A stretch of 64,000 bases of DNA from an uncultured Rhizobiaceae bacterium (GTDB lineage Bacteria > Pseudomonadota > Alphaproteobacteria > UBA828), in NCBI GenBank assembly GCA_964429775.1, contig CAYSDJ010000003.1, positions 75,129-139,128 on the forward strand, written 5' to 3'. The position numbers and the translations under genes were made by a program. This document shows, one piece after another, positions 18,671 to 28,630 of this stretch (position 1 is its first letter; each line of letters begins with the position of its first letter). The notes beneath the pieces were generated by a model. It had not been told where the DNA came from and did not search any database. It saw nothing but the letters and a program-made list of their open reading frames with translations.

Positions 18671-19186
18671 AATTAATTAACCCAGCATAAAGGCTTTGGC
18701 TGAAACACGCCGCTCAAAAAGGAAGGCGAAAAAAAACGCCCCGGCGTATCCATCCAGGCACAAACAAAAGCTAACGGCTGCCGCGGCAGCCGTGTGTAAT
18801 CCAAATACAAAAACTATCCCCTGCTCAAACAGCCAATCCGTAATGATACAAATAGGAAAAAATATTCTCTAACAGCTTATTACAAGGATAGTTTAAGGTC
18901 AAAAATTAGAAATCGTCAATTATCGCGTAACATCGTAAGGTCTGGCCCGATTGATTCGGCGAGCCGTTACAGACGACGAAAATTCATGTTAATAGGATTA
19001 ACATTGCGTTATTAGCATAGCCGGTCGGGCAAATATTACAACAAGCTGTATTTGGCCGATTTTGCCGTCGGGTCCAACTGGTGCACCCGGCGCTGCGGTA
19101 GCAATTGTGGGAAGCGTTGAATAATGACCTCGACCGACGGCGGAATTCCTGGCACTTATCGAGCGCGATCTCACTTTTAGCGGAAT
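18671..19186. promoter_or_regulatory. AT-rich divergent control region between the export operon (minus) and the gmd operon (plus)
   Basis: About 520 bp at roughly 40% GC. It contains the perfect palindrome GGCTGCCGCGGCAGCC (18776-18791), GGCG-A8-CGCC, and the inverted repeat CATGTTAAT-AGG-ATTAACATTG (18985-19006). Confidence 0.45.
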
Positions 19187-20260
19187 ATGAATGACATGAC
19201 CCGTAAAACTGCCTTGATCACCGGCGTAACCGGCCAGGATGGCGCCTATCTTGCCGAACTGCTGCTCAGCAAGGGTTATGAGGTGCATGGTATCAAGCGG
19301 CGTTCCTCCTCCTTCAACACAGAGCGCGTCGATCACCTTTACCGCGACCTCCATTCGGGCGAGGCGCGCTTCCGTCTTCATTTCGGTGATATGACCGATG
19401 CGACGAATTTGATTCGCCTGTTGCAGGAAACCAAGCCCAGCGAAATTTACAATTTGGCGGCGCAAAGCCATGTCGCTGTAAGCTTTGAGACGCCGGAATA
19501 TACCGCCAATTCCGATGCCCTCGGCACCCTGCGGCTGCTCGAAGCCATGCGCATTCTCGATTTCGGCAAGGAGACCCGGTTTTATCAGGCATCGACATCG
19601 GAGCTTTATGGCAATGCGCCGCAATCGCCGCAAAATGAGGATACGCCCTTTGCGCCGCGCAGTCCCTATGCGGCGGCCAAGCTGTATGCCTATTGGATCA
19701 CCGTTAATTACCGCGAGGCCTACGGCTTTCACGCCTCGAACGGCATTCTGTTCAACCATGAAAGCCCGGTGCGCGGCGAGACGTTCGTGACGCGCAAGAT
19801 TACCCGTGCCGTTGCCGCGATTAAGCTCGGGCTGCAGGACAAGCTCTATCTCGGCAACCTCGATGCCAAGCGGGATTGGGGCCATGCGCGCGACTATGTT
19901 GAAGGCATGTGGCGGATATTGCAACAGGACAAGCCGGGTGATTATGTCTTGGCGACGGGGGAGAATCACTCCGTGCGTGAATTCGTCGAAATCGCCTTTG
20001 CCCGCATCGAACGGCAGATAGAATGGCGCGGCGAGGGGCTCAATGAGGAGGGCCTGGACAGCGCCAGCGGCGAGGTTTTGGTGAAGATCGATCCGCGTTA
20101 TTTCCGCCCGACCGAAGTCGATAGTCTGCTCGGCGATCCGGCCAAGGCGCATGACATACTCGGCTGGCGCCACCAAACGAGCTTCGCCCAGCTGGTTTCG
20201 GAAATGCTCGATGCGGATTTTAAAAAAGTCGCCGAACAGCAGCGTTCGGGCCATGAATAA
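19187..20260 (+). CDS. gmd: GDP-mannose 4,6-dehydratase
   Basis: Near-colinear with E. coli Gmd: [37 protein letters not shown] and [19 protein letters not shown]. Confidence 0.95.
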   Translation: MNDMTRKTALITGVTGQDGAYLAELLLSKGYEVHGIKRRSSSFNTERVDHLYRDLHSGEARFRLHFGDMTDATNLIRLLQETKPSEIYNLAAQSHVAVSFETPEYTANSDALGTLRLLEAMRILDFGKETRFYQASTSELYGNAPQSPQNEDTPFAPRSPYAAAKLYAYWITVNYREAYGFHASNGILFNHESPVRGETFVTRKITRAVAAIKLGLQDKLYLGNLDAKRDWGHARDYVEGMWRILQQDKPGDYVLATGENHSVREFVEIAFARIERQIEWRGEGLNEEGLDSASGEVLVKIDPRYFRPTEVDSLLGDPAKAHDILGWRHQTSFAQLVSEMLDADFKKVAEQQRSGHE

Positions 20261-21228
20261 TGGCTAAATCCGAGCCCGCCTATTCACTCGCTGGCAAAAG
20301 GGTGTGGGTGGCCGGCCATCGCGGCCTGGTCGGCTCTGCCCTGGTAAAGCGCCTGGATGAAGAGCAATGTGAGCTGGTTTCCGCTGATCGCACCCGGCTC
20401 GACCTTAGGCGCCAGGCGGATGTCGAGGATTGGCTCAGCGAAGCGCGGCCCGAGGCTATTTTTCTCGCCGCCGCGACAGTCGGCGGCATTCACGCCAACG
20501 ATAGCCGACCGGCTGAATTCCTCTATGACAATATGATGATCGAGGCCAACGTTATCCACGCCGCCCAGCGCGTCGGTGTCGAGAAATTGCTGTTTCTCGG
20601 CTCAACCTGCATCTATCCCAAATTTGCCCCGCAACCGATCGCCGAAGGGGATCTTCTGACCGGCCCGCTTGAGCCCACCAATCAATGGTATGCGCTGGCG
20701 AAAATCGCCGGCATTTATCTTTGCCAAGCCTATCGCCGGCAACATGGCTGTAATTTTATTTCGGCCATGCCGACCAATCTATACGGCCCCGGTGATTTTT
20801 TTGAGGCCGAGAACAGTCACGTGATCCCGGCGCTGATGGGAAAAATTCATCATGCCGTCAGGAAAAACGCGTCCGAAGTGGAAATTTGGGGCAGCGGGGA
20901 GCCCTACCGCGAGTTTCTCTATTCGGAGGACGCGGCGGATGCATTGGTTTTCCTTATGCAAGCCTATTCCGGTGACACGCATGTCAATATCGGTACCGGA
21001 GAAGAGCTCAAGATAATTGAACTGGCGCAGCTGATCGCCGATGTCGCCGGCTATCGCGGTGGCTGGAGATTCGACCGCAGCCGGCAGGACGGCACGCCGC
21101 GCAAACTGTCCGATGTCCGCCTCCTAAAAGCACTCGGTTGGACTCGGCCGACGGCGTTGCGTGAGGGCCTGCAAACGACTTACGACTGGTTCCAAGGTGC
21201 GCTTGCGGCGGGGCAAATTCGCGTTTAA
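20260..21228 (+). CDS. fcl: GDP-L-fucose synthase (GDP-4-keto-6-deoxymannose 3,5-epimerase/4-reductase)
   Basis: WcaG/Fcl-type SDR. The ATG overlaps the gmd stop as TAATG. Confidence 0.9.
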   Translation: MAKSEPAYSLAGKRVWVAGHRGLVGSALVKRLDEEQCELVSADRTRLDLRRQADVEDWLSEARPEAIFLAAATVGGIHANDSRPAEFLYDNMMIEANVIHAAQRVGVEKLLFLGSTCIYPKFAPQPIAEGDLLTGPLEPTNQWYALAKIAGIYLCQAYRRQHGCNFISAMPTNLYGPGDFFEAENSHVIPALMGKIHHAVRKNASEVEIWGSGEPYREFLYSEDAADALVFLMQAYSGDTHVNIGTGEELKIIELAQLIADVAGYRGGWRFDRSRQDGTPRKLSDVRLLKALGWTRPTALREGLQTTYDWFQGALAAGQIRV

Positions 21229-21247
21229 AGGGCGCGCGGCAGATTCT

Positions 21248-21901
21248 ATGAACAGAGTGGAATTTCCTCTTGATGATCGTGGTATGTGGTGTGAGATTCG
21301 CCACGCCGTCGGCGCCGTTGCGCCGCGCCCGGCGCTGTTTCTGGACCGCGACGGCACGCTGATCGAATTGGTTGATTATCTTTGCCGGGCCGAGGAAGTG
21401 CGCCCGATCCCTGAAGCAATTGCCCTGACCGCCCGGGCTCGGGCGAACAATATGCCGGCCATTATGGTGACCAACCAGTCAGGCGTCGGGCGTGGTTATT
21501 ATGGCTGGCATGAATTCGCGGCCGTGCAACAGGCGGTGCATGCCGCGGTGGCGGCGGGTGGTGGACAAATCGATGCGGTGTACGCTTGTCCGGCGATGCC
21601 CGAGAGCGGCGCCGCCTGCCGTAAGCCGAATCCCGGTATGCTGTTGGCGGCGGCGGATGACCTTTCCCTTGATCTCAGCCAAAGCTGGATTGTCGGCGAT
21701 GCGGCGAGCGATTTGGCCGCTGGCATGCGGGCCGGGCTGCGGCGCGGCTGGCTCGTCGCCACAGGCTATGGCGCGGCGGAGCGCGATCAGGCATTGCATC
21801 TCAGAAGCAGCGGCTTCGATGTCACGGTTGAGCGGCCCTTGAGTGAGCTGGCGGAGCTGTTGCCGTCTTGTCGAACGCCCGAGCAGAAGGTAAACCTGTA
21901 A
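21248..21901 (+). CDS. gmhB: HAD-IIIA phosphatase, D,D-heptose 1,7-bisphosphate phosphatase-like (GmhB)
   Basis: Motifs LFLDRDGTLI, KPNPGML and IVGDAASD. The start is set at ATG 21248, after the fcl stop. Confidence 0.75.
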   Translation: MNRVEFPLDDRGMWCEIRHAVGAVAPRPALFLDRDGTLIELVDYLCRAEEVRPIPEAIALTARARANNMPAIMVTNQSGVGRGYYGWHEFAAVQQAVHAAVAAGGGQIDAVYACPAMPESGAACRKPNPGMLLAAADDLSLDLSQSWIVGDAASDLAAGMRAGLRRGWLVATGYGAAERDQALHLRSSGFDVTVERPLSELAELLPSCRTPEQKVNL

Positions 21902-21930
21902 CTCCCAATGAGCGATATTAGCGGCGGCGC

Positions 21931-22554
21931 ATGAGCACTTTTCCTGAGCGACCTTACACCTCAATCGGCAGCTATTGTGATGATTATGTCGCGCAATTGG
22001 CGCGCGCCAGCGGCTCGATTGATCATGACCGGTTGGCGGCGGCCGGCGATATTTTGAATCAGGCGTTTGAGCGTGGCGCATGGCTCTATGTTTGCGGCAA
22101 TGGCGGCTCGGCGGCGATCGCCAATCACCTGCTGTGCGATTTCGCCAAGGGCATCCAGACCGATACCGAGCTCTTGCCGCGTGTCATTTCGCTCAGCGCC
22201 AATCTCGAACTGATCACCGCCATCGCCAATGATATCACCTTCGAGGATTGCTTCGTCTATCAGCTTCGCACAGCGGCGCGTCCCGGCGATGTGCTGCTGA
22301 CGATCAGCAGCTCGGGCGATTCCGAAAATGTCGTACGCGCCGTTGAATGGGCCAGCGCGAACGAGGTCCAGTCGATCGCGTTAACCGGATTTGACGGCGG
22401 GCGCTCGGCCCGTCTGGCCGCCGTCAACATCCATGTGAGCGGCGATAATTATGGCGTGGTCGAAGATACCCACCAGTCGATCATGCATATTTTTTCACAA
22501 TATTTGCGCCAAGCGAGAATGTCGGACTCGCTGATCACGTCGCGTAAATTCTAA
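21931..22554 (+). CDS. gmhA: SIS-domain phosphoheptose isomerase (GmhA)
   Basis: Motifs VCGNGGSAAIANHL and ISSSGDSENV. Confidence 0.8.
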   Translation: MSTFPERPYTSIGSYCDDYVAQLARASGSIDHDRLAAAGDILNQAFERGAWLYVCGNGGSAAIANHLLCDFAKGIQTDTELLPRVISLSANLELITAIANDITFEDCFVYQLRTAARPGDVLLTISSSGDSENVVRAVEWASANEVQSIALTGFDGGRSARLAAVNIHVSGDNYGVVEDTHQSIMHIFSQYLRQARMSDSLITSRKF

Positions 22555-22583
22555 CCGAGCACGAATTACCCCTGGAGACGATC

Positions 22584-23606
22584 ATGGCGAGCGACGCCAC
22601 ATCGGCACGCGTTGGAGTTATCGGTCTTGGCTATTGGGGCCCCAATCTGGTGCGCAATTTCGCCGCTGCCGAGGGCGCCCGGCTAACCGCTCTCTGCGAC
22701 CTGGATGAGGCCGCTCTCAACCGCCAGCTGGAGCGCTATCCCGAGGCCCGCGGAACGCGAAATCTCGACGAAATTATTGCCGCCCCCGATGTTGATATCG
22801 TTGTTGTCAGCACCAGGCCGAGCGAGAATTTCCGCCTTTGCAAGGCATCGCTCGAGGCCGGGCAACATGTCTTTGCCTGCAAGCCATTGAGCCAGAATCC
22901 CGAGGAGGCACGCACCCTTGCGGCGTTGGCAGAGGCGCGTGGTTTGGTTCTGCATACCGATCTCACTTTTCTCTACACTGCGGCGGTGCGCAAACTGCGC
23001 GATATCTTGGAGAGTTCGGTTTGCGGCGAACTGAACTATATTGAATCCGTCCGCACGCAGGCGCCGTGGCGTGCCGACATCAATGTGGTCTGGGATCTGG
23101 TGCCGCACGATATCGCCATATTGGGCCATGTGTTGCAGCAGATGCCGGTCGAAGTCAGCGCGCAATTTGCGGCGCGCCGTCTGGCCGCCGTCGAACATGC
23201 GGCGTTTGTCGTTTTGAATTATGCCGACGGACTTCAAGCGCGCCTCAATCTGAACTGGTTGAGCCCCGAGAAAGTCCGGCGCATGGTTTTTTGCGGTGAT
23301 AAAGCGGCGCTGGTATATGACGAGATGGAAGACGAAAAGAAATTGCGCATCTATAGCGGCGGTTTCGATATTGCCGGGGAAGACGGCGCGGAAAAATTGA
23401 CCACGCAATATCGTGCCGATGGCGTGGAAACGCCGGCGCTCAGCGGCACGGAAGCGCTTGCCCTGGAATGCCAGGAATTTATAAATGCGGTGGCCACCGG
23501 CGGTGCGACATTGAGCAGCGGTGAGGCGGGCTACCGCAACGCGCTCGTTTGTGCCGCGATTGACCGCAGTTTGAAAGCAGGCGGCGCCGCCATCGAAGTG
23601 GCGTAG
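22584..23606 (+). CDS. Gfo/Idh/MocA family NAD-dependent sugar oxidoreductase (WbpB-like 3-dehydrogenase candidate)
   Basis: N-terminal Rossmann motif VGVIGLGYWGPN. It is paired with a DegT aminotransferase. Confidence 0.85.
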   Translation: MASDATSARVGVIGLGYWGPNLVRNFAAAEGARLTALCDLDEAALNRQLERYPEARGTRNLDEIIAAPDVDIVVVSTRPSENFRLCKASLEAGQHVFACKPLSQNPEEARTLAALAEARGLVLHTDLTFLYTAAVRKLRDILESSVCGELNYIESVRTQAPWRADINVVWDLVPHDIAILGHVLQQMPVEVSAQFAARRLAAVEHAAFVVLNYADGLQARLNLNWLSPEKVRRMVFCGDKAALVYDEMEDEKKLRIYSGGFDIAGEDGAEKLTTQYRADGVETPALSGTEALALECQEFINAVATGGATLSSGEAGYRNALVCAAIDRSLKAGGAAIEVA

Positions 23607-23671
23607 ACGCGATGCATAAATGATGGGAAAACTAAGGTGCGAGAGAAAATGAATTTGGGAGCGTATCTATC

Positions 23672-24778
23672 GTGAGCGTGCCTTTTGTCGATTTAGCGGC
23701 GGCCTTCGCCGATATTGAAGCCGAGGTGGAGCCGGTCTTGCACGATTTGATGGCGCGCGGCGCCTTCATTCTGGGACGTGAACTGATCGAGTTCGAGAGC
23801 GCCTTTGCTGGATTTTGCGAGGCACAGAGTTGCGCCGGCGTCGAGAACGGCACGACGGCGCTCTCCCTTTCGCTAGAAGTATTGGGTGTTGGCGCTGGCG
23901 ATGAAGTGGTGGTGCCGGCCAACACCTTTGCCGCCACGGCTGCCGCCGTCTGCCACACCGGCGCCCAGGTGGTGTTTGCCGATGTCGATCCGGTCACCTT
24001 GACGCTCGATCCCATGTCGCTCGAAGCGGCAATCGGTCCCGCGACCAAGGCGGTGATTCCGGTTCATCTCTACGGCCAGCCGGCCGACATGCGGCCGATC
24101 AACGAGATTGCCCGCGCGGCGCGCCTCAAGGTTATTGAGGATGCAGCGCAGGCTCATGGCGCGCGCTATTTCGGCCGCCGTGTCGGTGCGCTCGCCGATA
24201 TTTCCGGGTTCAGTTTTTATCCCTCCAAGAATCTCGGCGCGTTCGGCGATGGCGGCGCCGTGACCGGCAACAACAAGGATTTGATCGAGCAGGTGCGCCT
24301 CTTGCGCCACCACGGCCAGTCGGCAAAAAATATACATTCCGTGGTCGGTGAGACGGCGCGTCTCGATAATCTTCAAGCCGCCGTATTGGCCATCAAGTTG
24401 AAGGATCTCGACCGCCGCAATGCGGCGCGCCGGCGCGTCGCGGCGGCCTACCAGGAGCAGCTCGCGGATCAGAGCAGTTGGCTCGAACTGCCGGCGATTG
24501 GTGAGGGACGCGAACATGTCTGGCATCTTTATGTCGTTCATTTGGATAATCGCGATGCGCTGGCGGCGGCGCTGAAGGAGGCGCAAATCGGTTACGGCAT
24601 GCATTATCCCATTGCGCTGCATCACCAGGCTGCCTTCGAGCAGGCACGCATCGGCGCGCCGCTTGCGGTTTGCGAACGCTCGGCGGCGCGGCTTTTTTCG
24701 CTGCCGATGTATCCCGAAATGAGCGACGATCAGATCGATTCCGTGGTGCGCGCGGTGCGCGCCTTTGGCGGCGGCTGA
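23672..24778 (+). CDS. DegT/DnrJ/EryC1/StrS PLP-dependent sugar aminotransferase
   Basis: The PLP-lysine region is [15 protein letters not shown]. The start is GTG. Confidence 0.9.
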   Translation: MSVPFVDLAAAFADIEAEVEPVLHDLMARGAFILGRELIEFESAFAGFCEAQSCAGVENGTTALSLSLEVLGVGAGDEVVVPANTFAATAAAVCHTGAQVVFADVDPVTLTLDPMSLEAAIGPATKAVIPVHLYGQPADMRPINEIARAARLKVIEDAAQAHGARYFGRRVGALADISGFSFYPSKNLGAFGDGGAVTGNNKDLIEQVRLLRHHGQSAKNIHSVVGETARLDNLQAAVLAIKLKDLDRRNAARRRVAAAYQEQLADQSSWLELPAIGEGREHVWHLYVVHLDNRDALAAALKEAQIGYGMHYPIALHHQAAFEQARIGAPLAVCERSAARLFSLPMYPEMSDDQIDSVVRAVRAFGGG

Positions 24779-24792
24779 GGGTGAGGTAAGAG

Positions 24793-25783
24793 ATGGCGAA
24801 TTTGCTCGAGGGTTTCGCGGTATTGGTCACCGGTGGCGCCGGATTTTTAGGCTCCCATCTGTGCGACCGTTTGATCGGCGATGAGCACGAGGTTCTTTGC
24901 CTCGATAATTTCGTCACCGGCAGTAAAAACAATATCGCGCATCTTCTGGATAGTCGCCGCTTCGAGCTGGTGCGTCACGATGTGTCCTTTCCCTATTACG
25001 CCGAAGTCGGCGGCATCTACAATCTCGCCTGTCCGGCTTCGCCGCGGCACTATCAGCGCGATCCGATGTTTACCATCAAGACCTCGGTGATGGGTGCGAT
25101 CAACATGCTGGGCCTGGCCAAGCGGCGTGGCGCGCCAATTTTTCAGGCCTCGACGTCGGAAGTCTACGGCGATCCGACCATCCATCCCCAACCCGAAAGC
25201 TACACCGGCAACGTCAATCCGATCGGTATCCGAGCGTGTTATGACGAAGGCAAACGCTGCGCCGAAACATTGTTCTTCGATTATCACCGCCAGAACGGAG
25301 TCAATATCCGTGTCGCGCGCATCTTCAATACCTATGGGCCGCGCATGGCGGTGGGCGACGGGCGGGTGGTCAGTAATTTTATCGTTCAGGCGTTGCGCGG
25401 CGAGGATTTAACCGTTTACGGCGATGGCTCCCATTCGCGCTCTTTTTGTTATGTCGATGATCTGGTGGACGGCATTCTCAGGCACATGGCCCATCGATGA
25501 TCTGGTGGACGGCATTCTCAGGCACATGGCCCATCCAAGCGAAACCGGGCCGGTAAATCTCGGCAATGAAAACGAATTTACCATGCTGGAATTGGCCGAG
25601 ACGGTGGTTCGTCTGATTGGCGGTTCTTCGCGCATTGTTTTCGAAAAAATACCCGAGGATGATCCGAGCCAACGCCAGCCCGATATTTCCAAGGCGCGCG
25701 AGACGCTCGGCTGGGAGCCGCAGGTGAATCTCGAAGACGGTCTCAAAGAGACGATAGATTATTTTCGTATGCAGCTCGCCTGA
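24793..25783 (+). pseudogene. uxs: UDP-glucuronate decarboxylase (UDP-xylose synthase, uxs), frameshifted by a 40-bp tandem duplication
   Basis: ORF 24793..25500 carries the N-terminal three quarters ([12 protein letters not shown]...YDEGKR) and ends ...MAHR*. ORF 25424..25783 carries the C-terminus in another frame. Both contain [13 protein letters not shown]. Deleting one repeat copy restores a UXS of about 316 aa. Confidence 0.8.
25455..25534. repeat. Perfect 40-bp head-to-tail tandem duplication (CGATGATCTGGTGGACGGCATTCTCAGGCACATGGCCCAT x2)
   Basis: Copies lie at 25455-25494 and 25495-25534 and are identical. 40 is not a multiple of 3. Confidence 0.95.
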
Positions 25784-25786
25784 GGT

Positions 25787-27010
25787 GTGAAAACCGGCGT
25801 CGTGGCCGCTCCCAAAAAAATTCTGATGATTAGTCATCACCGGCTCTTTAAGTCCTGGTTGCGGCCCGGCATTCTTGCCCGTGGACTTGTCCAGAATGGC
25901 CATCAGGTGACGATGATGGTGGTGGCGGAGAATGCCCGCTTTCATTTTAAGCGCAGCCTTATCGACGGCGTCGATGTGATCGAGGCGCCGGATCTGACGT
26001 CGGGGCGGTTGCGCTCGGGCTGGGACCCGGTCTCGATTTGGCGCCGCATCCGTTGCGTGCGCCGCCTCGATACGGACTATGATCTGATCCATCTGTTTGA
26101 AACCCGGCCGGCGACAATCTATCCCGGCCTCGCCGCGCGCCGCCGCATGAAGGTGCCGATGCTGATCGACTGGATCGATTGGTGGGGCCGGGGCGGGCTG
26201 ATCGAGATCAACCGTCCGGCATGGTATCGGTTGCTGTTTGGCGGCATGGAAACATATTACGAGGAACATTTCCGCACCCTGGCGGACGCCAACACCGTCA
26301 TGTGCCATGGCCTTGTGGAACGCGCCGTCGGTCTCGGTGTGCCGCGCGAGACGATTTTGCACCTTCGCAATGGCGCCGATCACGAACGGTTTTGCCCGCG
26401 CCCGATGGCCGATGTGCGCAGCCAGCTTGGCCTCGCACCGGATACCTTCATCGCCGGCTTCGCCAGCCTCGATTCGTTTTACGATCTTGAGCAGATTTTG
26501 CGCGGCATGAAACAATTGCTCGCCGGCGGCACGCCGGCGCGGCTTCTTTTGATCGGCAAATCCGATGCAGGGGTGCGAAGTCGGGTCGCGGCGATGGGTC
26601 TTGCCGAACATACCGATTATTCGGGCTTTGCTCCGGATGATATCTATCCGCTTTATCTCAACGCCTGCGACGTCCTGCTCATGCCGTTTCCCGAGACCAA
26701 TTACAATATCGGACGCTGGCCCAACAAATTCGGCGAATATCTCGCCAGTGGCCGGCCGGTTATTTTTAATTCGGTGGGCGATTTGCAGGATTTCGATCTG
26801 CCCGGGTCCGAAGCGGTGGGCATTGCCTGCGAATTTTCCGCCGAAGCATTTGCGGCCGCGATGCGGCAATTGTATGAATCTCCGGAATTGGCTGACCGGC
26901 TTGGCGATAACGCACGCCAGGCGGCCCTGCGCGAGTTGAATTGGCCGCACCAAATCGGACGGCTCGAAGCTCTCTATACCAGCCTTACGCATGAGAACGG
27001 GGCGGCTTAG
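25787..27010 (+). CDS. Glycosyltransferase family 4
   Basis: The C-terminal GT4 region has the E..E-type motif (...FPETNYNIGRWPNKFGEYLASGRPVI). The start is GTG with a GAGG ribosome-binding site. Confidence 0.85.
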   Translation: MKTGVVAAPKKILMISHHRLFKSWLRPGILARGLVQNGHQVTMMVVAENARFHFKRSLIDGVDVIEAPDLTSGRLRSGWDPVSIWRRIRCVRRLDTDYDLIHLFETRPATIYPGLAARRRMKVPMLIDWIDWWGRGGLIEINRPAWYRLLFGGMETYYEEHFRTLADANTVMCHGLVERAVGLGVPRETILHLRNGADHERFCPRPMADVRSQLGLAPDTFIAGFASLDSFYDLEQILRGMKQLLAGGTPARLLLIGKSDAGVRSRVAAMGLAEHTDYSGFAPDDIYPLYLNACDVLLMPFPETNYNIGRWPNKFGEYLASGRPVIFNSVGDLQDFDLPGSEAVGIACEFSAEAFAAAMRQLYESPELADRLGDNARQAALRELNWPHQIGRLEALYTSLTHENGAA

Positions 27011-27013
27011 GAA

Positions 27014-28630
27014 ATGACGGCAAACAGCGCATCTGTGCAGAGCGGTCGGCAGGGCACGTTTTTCTATCGCTTGGCCCTGGTGACCGTCGATTTGGCGTCG
27101 ATCGGCCTTCCCGCCTGGCTTTTCATTGACAGTGTCTCCTTCGCCTATGGCCTGGTGATTGCCCTGATGCAGACTTTCGTCTTTCGTGAAAATTCGCTCT
27201 ATTGGCGCCATTCCGCTCTCTATAAGGCGTTTTGGCCGCAATTTACCGCGGTGCTGCGCTCCTATATTCCGATCTTCATTATCTTTTGCGTCATATCCTT
27301 TATTTCCCAAGCTTTCGGCTCACGCCCCCAGCCGGGTGACCTGTTACTGTTGTTCGCTGTCGTGGTTGGCTTGACCATCGCCATGCGTTTCGTCCTCACT
27401 GCCTTGATCAAACTGACCTCGTTCGGGCTCGCGCCGGGCTGGCTGGTTATCGGCGCCTCGCCGCGGGCGCGCTTGATTGCCGAGGAGATCAAGAGCGAGA
27501 CCGGCAAGATGCGTTTTCTCGGTTTTGTCGTTGAGCGCCGTGATGCCGAGGCCGGGGATATTCCGGGCGACGAAATCGCCGCATCGATTGATGGGCTGGA
27601 AGACGCGATCACCATCACCGGTGCCTCGAATGCGGTGGTTGTGGCTGACGACAAACCGATTGGCGAGGTTCTCGAAATTGTTGACCGTGTTGGCGCCTGC
27701 CCGGTGGTCGGTTTCATCTATAACGAGGCGTTCGATATTGTCCGCCAGCGGTACAAGAGCCTGCCGATTGGCGACTACACAGTAACCTCTATCGAAACCG
27801 GCGCGCGTTCGGACGTCGATGCCATGCTGTCGCGCAGCATGGATTTTGTCGGCGCCGGCTTTTTTCTCGCTCTCTTCTCGCCGCTCTTTTTGGTGATTGC
27901 GCTGGCCATCAAACTAAGCAGTCCGGGGCCGGTGTTTTTTCTCAGCGACCGCGTGCGCGACCGCGCCGGCCACACCTTCCGGTTCTATAAATTCCGCTCC
28001 ATGCGGGTGCGCAGCGCCGATCCGGCAGCGGAGCGCGATGAAGATATGGACAAGCTCTTTGCCGGCACCGTGGCGGACAAGGAAAATACCAAGATCAAGC
28101 CCAAGGGCGCGGTCACCGGCGTTGGCGGCTTCCTGCGCAAATACAGCCTCGACGAATTGCCGCAACTGATCAATGTGCTGAAAGGCGATATGAGCCTGGT
28201 CGGGCCGCGTCCGTGCCTAAAATATGAATATGAGCGCTACCAGGAATGGCACAAGCGCCGCCTCGACGCCAAGCCCGGTATGACAGGTCTATGGCAAGTG
28301 GTGGCGCGCAGCAAAACCAATTTCGACGAACAGGCCATTCTTGATATCTATTACAACGACCACCGCACCGTGTGGTTTGATATCGAGATTCTGCTGAAGA
28401 CAATACCGGTTGTCTTAATATGGCCGCGGCGGCGGCTGAGTGACGAGCGGGGCCGGCGTGACATCCTCGCGGCGTTCAGGGCGCAATTCGATTTACGGCC
28501 TTTTGGGGTTCGCGATTCCGGCGTTGGTGCAGATCGCCGCATACCCCATTCTCATCCATCATCTCGGCCCCGAGATTGTCGGCATTTATTTGCTCGCGAC
28601 CGTCTTGAGCGGTGCCTGGATGTTTTTTGA
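27014..28630 (+). CDS. Polyprenyl-phosphate sugar-1-phosphate transferase (WbaP/ExoY family, Bac_transf)
   Basis: N-terminal TMs precede a catalytic domain: ...[27 protein letters not shown]...[21 protein letters not shown]. The roughly 60-aa low-complexity tail after ...IPVVL overlaps wzx by 190 nt, so the 3' end is uncertain. Confidence 0.85.
   Translation: MTANSASVQSGRQGTFFYRLALVTVDLASIGLPAWLFIDSVSFAYGLVIALMQTFVFRENSLYWRHSALYKAFWPQFTAVLRSYIPIFIIFCVISFISQAFGSRPQPGDLLLLFAVVVGLTIAMRFVLTALIKLTSFGLAPGWLVIGASPRARLIAEEIKSETGKMRFLGFVVERRDAEAGDIPGDEIAASIDGLEDAITITGASNAVVVADDKPIGEVLEIVDRVGACPVVGFIYNEAFDIVRQRYKSLPIGDYTVTSIETGARSDVDAMLSRSMDFVGAGFFLALFSPLFLVIALAIKLSSPGPVFFLSDRVRDRAGHTFRFYKFRSMRVRSADPAAERDEDMDKLFAGTVADKENTKIKPKGAVTGVGGFLRKYSLDELPQLINVLKGDMSLVGPRPCLKYEYERYQEWHKRRLDAKPGMTGLWQVVARSKTNFDEQAILDIYYNDHRTVWFDIEILLKTIPVVLIWPRRRLSDERGRRDILAAFRAQFDLRPFGVRDSGVGADRRIPHSHPSSRPRDCRHLFARDRLERCLDVF

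Noticed and set aside
25478-27310. 610-aa minus-strand ORF
   Set aside because: It is antisense to the uxs C-terminus and the GT4 gene, with no recognisable domains.
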